Shown in pieces: positions 23,506-34,641 of a DNA stretch of 64,000 nucleotides. The DNA lies in NCBI GenBank assembly GCA_043228905.1, contig JBHGNT010000013.1, forward strand, positions 7,874,001-7,938,000, read 5' to 3'. Numbering within the stretch: position 1 is the stretch's first letter; every line of letters begins with the position of its first letter. The position numbers and the translations under genes were made by a program. Origin of the DNA: Azolla caroliniana. Taxonomy: Eukaryota; Plantae; Polypodiophyta. The notes under the pieces are model-generated. The model had not been told where the DNA came from and searched no databases. It was given only the letters and a program-made list of their open reading frames with translations.

Positions 23506-24519
23506 ATCTGTCAGTCCTCTTAGGACTTGTATAAATAGTGTTGTTGAGCATGTTGTATGTACAGAGAATTTTACAGAGTTGTTGATAATAGATTTAAGTT
23601 GTTCATGCTCTTTCTCTGTCTCTCTTGCATACCTTCTGTGTATTAATCTCTGTCTCTGTCTCTCTGTTGCTAACCGGCTAAGCCGGTTGTCTAACGCTTC
23701 CACACCTTCGTTTTTACATGGTATCAGAGCACAAGGGTTGAGAAGCTCGACAGATCCAACTATGCATCTTGGTCATACAAAATGCACCAGTAACTGCTTG
23801 GGCATGGTTACTGGAGTTATGTCGACGGAGCTAACGACAGAGCACTTGATGTGACACACAAGGACTTCCCAGTGCGGGAACAAGCGGCAAGCAGAGTGAT
23901 GTATTGCTTTGCGTTCAGTGTTGGAGACCAACTGCTAAGCCATGTCTAAGATGCCAAGACGCCAAAAGAAGCTTGGAGAAACCTGCAGAAGGTTTTCACG
24001 GCGAGCACTACGGCCCGGAAGCTGCAACTCCGACAGGAGTTGAACAATGTTCGATTGAAGGACAGGTCAATAGCGGATTACACGGTCCGAATAAAAGAGA
24101 TCTGTGACTCACTTGCCTCTATCAACGTCACCGTAGAGAAAAGTGAGATGGTGCAGATCTCTCTTGGGGGCCTAGCGTCTAAGTTCAGAGCGTTCCAAAT
24201 GGCGGTATGTACAAGGGAGAATACGCCGTCATTTTTTTGACTTACAATCGATGCTCCTTGTAGAGGAGAACCACACTGGTGCATCAAGAAGTGCACCCAT
24301 CGACAACCGGATGGTGTACACGGAGGCGGATCGACCCTGTGGGCGTGGCCGGCAAGAGCAGGACCGAAGGCACAGAGAACGTGCCGACAACAGCTTCGGA
24401 CCGTCCACAAGAAGGGGGAGTCAAGGCGGTGCCGGAGGTCGGCAAGCAAAGGCCGACACGGAATGTTGGTATTGTGGTAAAAAGGGCTATAGAGAAAGCG
24501 AGTGCTGGAAGAAGCGTGT

Positions 24520-25223
24520 TGTCGTAGTGTATTCCACACACTACGTAAAAACCATAAAATAATATATCCGATTTTAGATACATATAAATAAATAAATAAT
24601 ATATCAAAATTTTTATCACGTGCATAGGGCAAGATTCGAACCCTGCACCTCCACGTAGATAAACCCCAAATTTACCATTGTAATAACTTATCTTTAATGT
24701 TATACATATAGATTTAATACGTATAAGACCTTTATTTACACATACCTTTATTAAAAAGTAAAAATCATGTATTCTTTAGGGTGTGAATATTTTATTTACA
24801 CGTGACATTAAAAGTGACTCATGCACATCTAGCATGCATGAGCCCTATACTTAGGAAATGATAAAGCATCACATGCACATTTAGTGTGCATGGACACTTT
24901 AGGTGAAAAAGCATGAAGCCATGATTAGCCTTTTCCATCTTTATATAAGGAGGAGAGAAATATGTATAAGGTTGTTGATTAATATACAAGGATTGATCAA
25001 TCTAATATATTCGTGGGATTCACGAATTTTGCCATCTAAATTACTCTTATAATCTAAATATTGTTTTAAATACACTAAACTCGTGGGATTGACGAGATTG
25101 CTATCTTACTTCTCTTTCCACTATTCATAACTAGCCTTAATTTGTATTCCTCTTCCTCCTAGTCAAAAACCTCGGCGGTTCCCACCCGACTCACGTAACG
25201 ATCCGGAGCCGAAAGGCACGACA
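24520..25223 (+). repeat. Element B 5' LTR
   Basis: TGTCGT...ACGACA; direct repeat of 30895-31598. Confidence 0.95.
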
Positions 25224-25263
25224 TAGTTGGTGAACCTGACGTGAAGTACCGGGTGGCAAGGAG

Positions 25264-27306
25264 ATGGAAAATCAACCGGAGGCTAGCAACATGACGATGA
25301 TGTTCAAGCGCATGCTACAAGAACAACGCGCGATGTCGGAGATAGCGGCATCAGTGGAGCGGCTCGTGCAACGAAACGGGCAATTCAACGGGAAAGACGT
25401 GTCGCGGTATCTTCGGGACTACAAGGCGGAGATGCTACGGTGCGGAATATCGGAAGGACTGCAAGTGACATCCTTTAACCGGGTGGCGACCGACGGGCTT
25501 CAAGCAAGCATCCATGGGCTACGACAACAAAATCCGACATGGGAGGCGTTTGAAGAAGAGCTAAAGAGGACGTTCGCCATCGAGGATTCCTCCAAGGCGA
25601 CGCGAAGGGGATTCGAAGATTGGGTGGAGACGCCGGAGAAGGGATTGAAGGTCGTTGATTTGTTTTCGGCATTCGAAAGCCGGTTTGGGAGGTTGTCCGC
25701 GAGAGATCAAGCTATCCTCGTACCGGACAAGGTGATCATGTTCTTGCGAGCCGTGGACGTCCGGAACCGGAAAGATCTCGGAGTGCTCTTGGAGGACACG
25801 ACCACGGAGAGTGGCCTCACCGAAACATGGGAAAGCGTGCGGGATATCGTCGCATGATACACGAAGAGGGGGCAATGGCTTGCCAACGAGGAAAAGAGGG
25901 TTTCGGAACTGATTCCGAAACCGAGAACCGGATTGGAAGACCATCAATCGAGGGCTCGGGAGACTACAACCAAGAAGGGGATTGATGCATCTACGGTGGA
26001 GCAACTATTGAAGGAGATGGAGAATCTGAAGATCGCGATGGTGAAGAAGTCGGATGACCGCCTCACAAGCTCCAAGTATACGGACCGACGGTGCATATGG
26101 TGCGATAGCGCCGAACACGATCGGAGGGATTGCGACGAGCATAAGGAGGCGCTACGGCGGGATCTCATCTACTACGAGGGAAACCAGATTCATTCAATGG
26201 ACTCTCGGAAGCCACTCCGACTGAACTTCCGGAAAGGCGGCATGAAGAAGGTGCTCGAGGAGGAATTGGCAGCAAGAAGCAACTATGCGACAACTACGGG
26301 AATATGTGTCGGGGAGTCATCGAGAGCAAAGACGTCTTTTTGGCCGGAAGTTCTAGAAATCACCGAGAAAACCGACTCCAACGAGATCCGAAGCACCGTG
26401 GAAGGCGTCTGGGAAGCTACGGGATGGGAGTGCCCTGTCGACAAGAATAGCGTATACGCCCTATGTCAATTGCATAAGGTGTATGTGGACGAGAAACGAC
26501 GATGCACGGAGGATGCGGCTGGGCCATCGAAGATACCGGAAAGCTGGAACTCCGGAGGTAAGGGAAAAGAAAAGGTGACTCCGGCATTCAAGCTCGCCTC
26601 GGACATAGAACAACAAACCGACTTGAAAAGAGTGTTCGAGGAAAGAATCTTGGATAGCCGGGTAGATTTCTCGCTTCGGGAGCTACTCGGAATAGCAAAG
26701 AAGGAGTTCCACGATCTTCTCGTGGATCTCGTGAAGCGAAAAAGACAAAGTACGGAGGAAAATGCTCCAAGGGTGAATTCGAACACCGTTTTAATGAACG
26801 ACACCGAAGTGGAGGACAAAATTCCGAACTCCCACTATACAAGGCCACATTGGGCACGCGCGACTACGGAGACTCCGGTCCGAATCGGCAACATCAAAGA
26901 ACCCATGCTAGCATTGATTGATCACGGATCGGAGATCAACTTGATGTCCAAGGAGTTCTACCGGAAGGGGAAGTGGCCTATTAACACCAACCATGGATGG
27001 AAGATTCGGGCAGCCACCAAAGCAACGGAAGATCTATTTGCGGCTTGTCCGGATGTGACGGTGAAGATCGGGGATGTCGAGATCGACCAAAATTTCTTCG
27101 TGCAAGATGAGGTTCCACATTCCGTCATCCTTGGCCAGCCCTTTATCACGGCATCACGGATGGAGACGAAGGTGCTCGATAGCGGTGCGGCTTTTGCGCG
27201 AATTCGGAGCCAAAACGGTGGGAAATCCGTCCAATTCCTAACGGTGCCGACAAATCACGAAAGGAACAAGAGGGAACTCTTGTCCCAAGTGAGAATGGAT
27301 TTTTAA
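25264..27306 (+). pseudogene. Element B gag-protease (one in-frame stop near 25855)
   Basis: QFNGKDVSRYL, CIWCDSAEHDRRDC, LIDHGSEINLM, ILGQPF. Confidence 0.92.
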
Positions 27307-30300
27307 AGCGGACTGTTGCGGAGTGGGGAAGTGATAGTCCGAGAAGCCCTGATACCCCACACAGGAAGAAAACTCTCGGAGCAAAACATGTACAAATCGG
27401 TCCGGATGGGGCATCTACGTACATGACCGTACCGGAGGATTGAAGAAAGGATACCGACAAGTGGAGGATAAGTTGCGGTCGGCATCAATAATAAAAGAAG
27501 ATGAAGAAATCATGGGGATAGTCAAAGAAGTGTTCTATGGGAGCACGCTACAACGACTTGAAGAGCTTGCGGAAGATAAAAGCCAAGGGAACCGGGTAGT
27601 CCCGTTGGAATCGGTCGAGATGTACGAGATCATTGCGAAAATGGAGCCGGATACGCTCCGCAAAGAAGAAGCAATGGTAAGTACGAAATACAAGACCGTG
27701 GAAAAGAAGGTGAAACCGGCCGCGGGACCACTACCCGCCGATAGCGAACAAAAGAGGAAAGAAGTCTCGGGAGATCCGACACTTCGGAAGTCCGTGGATA
27801 TTGGACATGCCTTCACGGATGAGACCCGGAAGAAACTTCGGATCGGTGGAGGTGGGTTCCTATTACAAAAAGAAGAAGAACGGTTTTGCGAGATGTTGGA
27901 GCAACACGGCAAAGCGTTTGCATTTATATCAAGGGAGATAGGGTGTGTCGATCTGAGAATAGTAGAGCCGATGGTGATCTTCACGATTGACCATGTACCG
28001 TGGAACCTGAAGCCGATTCCGGTGCCACGAGCGCATATTCCGAAAGTCATTGACTTGCTCAAGGAGAAGGTGGCGATGGGGATTCTAGAGCCATCAACTG
28101 CTCCGTACGCAAATCGATGGTTTACGGTTCCGAAGAAGAATGGATCACTCCGATTTATCCAAAACTTGCAACCGGTGAATAAGGTCACGATCCGGAACTC
28201 GGGATTTGGTCCGATAGTGGACGAATTTGCGGAAGCTTTTGTCGGTCGTGCGATATACTCCATCGGAGACCTATACTCGGGGTATGACCAATTCCAACTA
28301 GCCGTGGAGAGCCGAGACATCACAACCATGCGAACACCGATAGGATTAGTCCGAATGTGCACACTACCACAAGGAGCGACAAACTCGGTTGCTCATATGA
28401 TGAACGCGATGAACAAGGTGCTTCGAGACTGCATTCCGGAGATAACGATGCCGTTCCTCGATGACATTCCGATGAAAGGATGCGTGGTAGAAGAAAAAGA
28501 TGAGACTATGGATGATCGGGGATGCCGAAAGTTCGTGGTCGACCATATTCATGATTGCGAGAAAGTGTTGCGAAAGCTAGAAGATGTGCACCTAACACTT
28601 TCCGGGGAGAAATCGGCATTCGGGCAAGAAGAAATATTGGTGGTCGGACATCTATGTGGGCCCTACGGCCGAAGACCGTCACCAACAAAGATTGATGCGA
28701 TTCAAGCTATGGAGGAAGTATGCGAGTCAACATCCGAAGTCCGAAGGTTTCTCGGTGCTTGTGCATTCTATCACATATGGATTCCGCACTATGCACATAT
28801 AGCGGACCCGCTCTACCACTTGTTGCGGAAAGGTAAGAAATTCGAATGGAAACTGGAACACACCAACGCCATGAAGAAATTGAAGAAGACACTTTGGAGG
28901 GCGGAAGCACTTAAGAAGCCGAGCTACGACCGACCGATCATAGTAACGGTTGATACAAGTCCAACCGGTATCGGGTGGGTCATCAATCAAGCCGACTCGG
29001 ATGGTTCGCGGTATCCGATCTGATTCGGAGCAAAGGTTCTCAACGAAAGGCAACGTGGATATGCACAAGTCAAAAGAGAATTCTGGGGAGTCGTGTCGGC
29101 GATAAAATCGGATCGGGATTATTTGATCGGAGCCGAAGTGGTGATCGAGATGGATTGTCTTCCGATACTCGGGATGATGCGGTGTTGTACGATACCGGAT
29201 GTATCTATGCTAAGGTGGGTTGCATATGTCAAGTTGCTTAATCCGGAGGTTCGACACATTTCGGGGAAGGACAACGCGGTAGCGGATATGTTATCAAGGG
29301 CTTGGTTCGGAGACGACATAACTGAATCGGATAATGAAGAAGTTTCCGAAGACTACTTCACGTCGGAGCACATATGCCGAGTGAACGTAATCCGAGAATT
29401 CTGGGAAGAAGAATACGAGGGAGAAAGCTTAATGATCGGAAAGATGTTACAAGAGGCCGAGGATTCAACAAACGATAAAGAAAGAAGAGCCGAGATCCGA
29501 AGGAAGAAGAGGCAAGTCCAAAAGTTCTTCTTGGAAAACGGATTAATTTGGAGGGCGCCGAAAAGACCGGATGGTATACCACTTCGAGTAGTCGGGACAA
29601 AAGAGCAACGAAACCGGATAATGTCTGAGTTTCACGAATCCGATTGGGCTAGACACCGAGGAACATGGGCAACATTTGTGAAGATCAAGCAAAAATATTG
29701 GTGGAAGAAAATGTACAAAGATGTCGCAGAGTTCACGGAAAGCTGCGAGAAATGTCAAGTCTACTCCGGGGTTCGACATCGAGATGAGTTACATCCGACA
29801 TTCTCACCGACAATAAACTTCAAGTGGATGGTCGACATAGTGGCCATGCCGACTGGGATCGGACAAAAGAAATACTTGGTATTAGCTCAGGAAGATCTTA
29901 CGAATCAAGTAGAAGGTCGAGCACTTCAGAGGAAAACGTGTTCCACGGTATGCCAATTTCTTTTGGAGGAAGTATTTTGCAGGTACGGGTGCATAGGGCA
30001 AGTGATTGCGGACCGGGGAGAACTCGACTCGGACAAAGCTAGGGGATTCTTCGCCAAACACGGAGTTCGGTTATCGCTGAAAACGGCATACAATCCGGAG
30101 GCCAACGGGAAAATCGAACGAGGACATAGTCCGATCGTGAAAGCACTTGCGAAGGCATGCGATGGAAAGGTGAAGGACTGGCCGCGGATGCTTCCGTATG
30201 CACTATGGGCGGATCGGACGACGCATAGCTCCGTAACCGGTTACATGCCGGTAGAACTCATGACCGGACAAGCACCGGTAATGCCGACGGAAACCACGAT

Positions 30301-30808
30301 CGCAACATGGACAGTGCTACCGTGGAAGGAAGAGATGAGCCGAGAAGAACTACTAGCGGTCCGGATACGACAACTAGAGGGAAGACCGGCAGACATAGCG
30401 GAAGCAATACGCCAACAACAAGAAGCACGATTCCGGAACAAAAGCCGGTTCGACACAAAGCATCGACTACGATCGAGGAGGATTGAAGAAGGAGATTGGG
30501 TGATCGTCTATGACAGTAGTCTGGACCATCAACATACAACGATGCGGAAATTCGCGAAAAGGTGGTTTGGGCCATACGAGGTTCGGAAAGTCTTCGACAA
30601 CGGAATGTACCGACTGTCCGAGTTGGATGGAACAATACTACGAGTGCCTATAGCCGGGAAGCGGGTGAAGATTTTCAAGAAGCAGACCGACGACAAACCC
30701 TATGTGATCCAAGCCAAGGCCGACAATGAGGAGCAATCGGACGAAGACCACGGTGATGCGGGAAGCGAAGAAAGTGAATTACAACTCATAGTCGACATAA
30801 GGGGATAA
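27300..30808 (+). pseudogene. Element B pol (RT-RNase H-integrase), nearly intact
   Basis: 527-aa and 571-aa ORFs in one frame separated by a single stop; PFLDD, TVDTSPTG, IADRGE, GPY. Confidence 0.95.
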
Positions 30809-30894
30809 TCCAAGGAAGCTTTGGGTGAAGACAGATATGGGGAATCGAGAACTTCGGCACATACCGGAGGATATGTGGGTTCGGAGGGGGCGAG

Positions 30895-31598
30895 TGTCGT
30901 AGTGTATTCCACACACTACGTGAAAACCATAAAATAATATATCCGATTTTAGATACATATAAATAAATAAATAATATATCAAAAATTTTATCACGTGCAT
31001 AAGGCAAGATTCGAACCCTGCACCTCCACGTAGATAAACCCCAAATTTACCATTGTAATAACTTATCTTTAATGTTATACATATAGATTTAATACGTATA
31101 AGACCTTTATTTACACATACCTTTATTAAAAGGTAAAAATCATGTATTCTTTAGGGTGTGAATATTTTATTTACACGTGACATTAAAAGTGACTCATGCA
31201 CATCTAGCATGCATGAACCCTATACTTAGGAAATGATAAAGCATCACATGCACATTTAGTGTGCATGGACACTTTAGGTGAAAAAGCATGAAGCCATGAT
31301 TAGCCTCTTCCATCTTTATATAAGGAGGAGAGAAATATGTATAAGGTTGTTGATTAATATACAAGGATTGATCAATCTAATATATTCGTGGGATTCACGA
31401 ATTTTGCCATCTAAATTACTCTTATAATCTAAATATTGTTTTAAATACACTAAACTCGTGGGATTGACGAGATTGCTATCTTACTTCTCTTTCCACTATT
31501 CATAACTAGCCTTAATTTGTATTCCTCTTCCTCCTAGTCAAAAACCTCGGCGGTTCCCACCCGACTCACGTAACGATCCGGAGCCGAAAGGCACGACA
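30895..31598 (+). repeat. Element B 3' (shared) LTR
   Basis: Preceded by PPT GGAGGGGGCGAG and followed by a PBS. Confidence 0.95.
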
Positions 31599-31700
31599 TA
31601 GTTGGTGAACCCGACGTGAAGTACCGGGTGACAAGGAGATGGAAAATCAACCGGAGGCTAGCAACATGACGATGATGTTCAAGCGCATGCTACAAGAACA

Positions 31701-34130
31701 ACCGCTTTGTTCACCAAAGGACAGAAGATTGAATCGGATATTGATCTTTGGCACAAGCGGATCGGCCACTTTAATTACTAGAGGCTTCAAGACCTGCAAA
31801 CGAAACAAGTTGTTTTCGGTTTGCTGAAGTTCAGTGGCTGAAAGGTCCAAATTTGTGAAGCCTGCCAACTCGGGAAGCAACACAGGCTTCCATTCCCCAC
31901 CGATCGAAGCCAGAGCCAAAACAAGCTCGATTTAATCCATTCGGATGTATGGGGACCGGCACAAAACGTTAGTCTTGACGGGAGTCGTTATTTCGTCTCC
32001 TTCATCGATGACTACAACCAGCACACGTGGATCAACCTCATCGAGAGGAAGAGCGAAGTCTTTGAGTGTTTTCGGATCCTGCAAATCCTGGTTGAACGGG
32101 AAACGGAGAGGAAGATCAAGTGTTGCGGTTAGATGGTGGAAAATAATATTTTTCCAGCCAATTCAACAGTTATCTGCACCAAAAAGGAATTTGGAGAGAG
32201 TTGAACTGTAGATACACACCAGAGCAAAACGGTGTGGCCGACAGGAAGAACCAATAGATTATCAACGTGGCAAGGGCAATGCTGGAGGAGAAGAGCATGC
32301 CCCATTTCTACTGGGCTGAGGCGGTCCGGATGGTCGTCTACATCCAAAACCGGATCGGTGACAAGGTGTCTGCGCATGAGCTATATTTCGGGTGCAAGCC
32401 AAATTTGAGACACCTTCGAATATTCGGTAGCATTGCATATGTGCATGTGCCGGATGAGAAGCGGAGGAAGTTGGATTCAAAGTCAGAGAAATGCATCTTG
32501 GTCGGTTACTCGCATGAGCAAAAGGGGTATAAGTGTTATAACCCTCGGACGAAGCAGGTCTGAGTTAGCCGGGATGTTGAGTTTGATGAGACGACATCAT
32601 GGTATGCCTTACCGGCTTTGACTTCTGACCCCGACCCAATACCGAAGGATGAGACTAGTGAGCCTGAACCGGTCCAATTAGAAGACGAAGGGTTCGAAAC
32701 TCTAGATGTGAGTCCAAAATCATTTCAGTTGAGCGGGCCGAACGAGTGACTAGGTCAGACAGACCAGTCAAACGATGAACCAGTGAGTAGTGGAGACTTT
32801 GCCGTGTTCCTCCCGCACAAGGAACCGAGGAGACGGTTCACGCGCAAGGAAAAGGGGAAGAGGAAGATGCCGGAGCATGAGACCGGCAATGGTGAGTCGG
32901 ATCGGAGCAGATCTGACTCCGAAAAAGAAGAAGGCAGATCTTCGACAACGAAGACCGAACCGGCCAAGAAGGGCTTCAAACTCGAACCACCAGAAGAACC
33001 CCGTGCAGCGGTATGGGTACAATGAGTACATGGCGCATGACTATGCGTACATGACCAAGGTGACGGAAGTGCGTGAGCTAGAGAGCTACGTAGAAGCGGC
33101 CAAGGACGCAAATTGGTGTGCCGCTATGGAGGAAGAAATGCGGGCACTTGATGCCAACGACACATGGGACCTAGTTGACCCTCCCTGACACTCTAAACTG
33201 ATCGGATGTAAGTGGGTGTACAAGGTAAAGTACAATGCCGACGGTTCGGTTAACTGGTACAAGGCCCAGTTAGTGGCGAAGGGATACACGTAGACCCACG
33301 GAATCAACTACGATGAGACCTTCGCTCCAGTAGCGAAGATGACAACGGTTTGTGTGGTGCTGGTGGTTGCTGCGGCAAGGGGGTGGCATCTTCACTAGAT
33401 GGACGTGAAGAATGCATTTCTTCAAGGTAATCTTGAAGAAGAGGTCTTTCTGACCCAAGCCCCCGGTTTCCAGTCAGAGATGAACAAGTTAGCGGTATGC
33501 CGGCTGAAGAAGTCACTTTATGCCCTGAAGCAAGCTCCCCGAGGTTGGAATATGCAGATCACGCACCGGTTCTGTAAGATGGGGTTTGCGGCCTCCAAGT
33601 CGGACTCTTCGTTGTTCATCCAGCAAGGTTCGGACGGTTCGGTTTGCATCTTGCTGTATGTTGATGATCTAGTCATCACCGGACTCGGACTCGATGAAAT
33701 CAACTGAGTCAAGTCCCAGATGTCGGAAGCATTTGAGATGAAGGACCTGGGGGACCTTCACTATTTCCTTGGGATCGAGGTGATCCGAACCCACGAAGGC
33801 ATATGGCTCTCACAAAGACACTATGTGTTGAATATGTTGTACACGTTCGGCATGATGCAATGCCAACCGATCTCCACACCCCTGGACCGGAACCAGAAGC
33901 TCCGTCCCAACTCCGGACCAGCCTACGATGAGAGGAGGTTTCGACAAATCGTCGGAAGCCTTATATATTTGACAATCACCCGACCCGACATTAGTTATCC
34001 GGTCGGCGTGATCAACCAATATATGTAGAAGCCGACCATGGAGCACCTTTTGTGTGCGCATCAAATTTTGCGATATGTGAGCAGCACGAAGAACCAAGGA
34101 TTGTTATATCGGCATGGTCTAACTGAAGAG
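31701..34130 (+). pseudogene. copia2 integrase-RT
   Basis: YWAEAV, KCILVGY, ILLYVDDLVI, MKDLGDLHYFLGIEV. Confidence 0.92.
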
Positions 34131-34546
34131 CCTTCCTCGCATACCAAAAAGGTCATGATGCCATCTGGGTTGTCGTTGATCGACTAACTAAAATGGCTCA
34201 GAGAGAAAACACTAGCAAGGTTTTGATAGACGTGGTGGCGTGAAACTCATAGGTATAGATTGAAACACCGACTCATGCAACCAAAATAGGCACAAATAAG
34301 ATGTATTACTATGGCAGAAAGGATTACAGAACACGGCCTATGGCCGGGGACCTTACAAGTTTATCTAATTCGAATGACTAAGCTAGTGCTTCCGCCTATA
34401 ATTTTCTTCTCTCCCTTTCTGAGGTATTGTTCCTCGTTTAAATAACTTTTCCCCTTACACACAGCCGAGCCATCGGTGGCCCGTGATCCTCGGACTCAGC
34501 GTTTGCTAATTTCCTAATTTTACATTTCTGTCCTCTGGACAACACC

Positions 34547-34589
34547 TGGTACGCCCGTGGGACAGGACCTTGTCCGTCGGACCCACGAC
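34547..34589 (-). other. tRNA-3'-end-like motif where C's PPT is expected
   Basis: Sense: GTC GTGGG TCCGA C-GGAC-AAG-GTCC-T GT CCCAC GGGCGT A CCA, 2 nt, LTR. Confidence 0.85.
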
Positions 34590-34641
34590 TTACAAAATAC
34601 TACAATATTACAAAAATTGCCTTTTAGGCGTGATCCTCGTT

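Larger units (their letters stand above)
24520..31700 (+). mobile_element. Ty3/gypsy element B (tRNA-Trp family) plus the start of a tandem second copy
   Basis: 704-bp LTRs 24520-25223 and 30895-31598 (about 6 differences by eye); PBS 25228-25245; second PBS and gag start at 31603-31700. Confidence 0.95.

Noticed and set aside
27535-28362. Long antisense ORFs opposite pol/gag (e.g. 275 aa here, and 18335-19006)
   Set aside because: Shadow ORFs expected opposite biased coding sequence; no recognisable motifs and no comparable full-length ORF in A.
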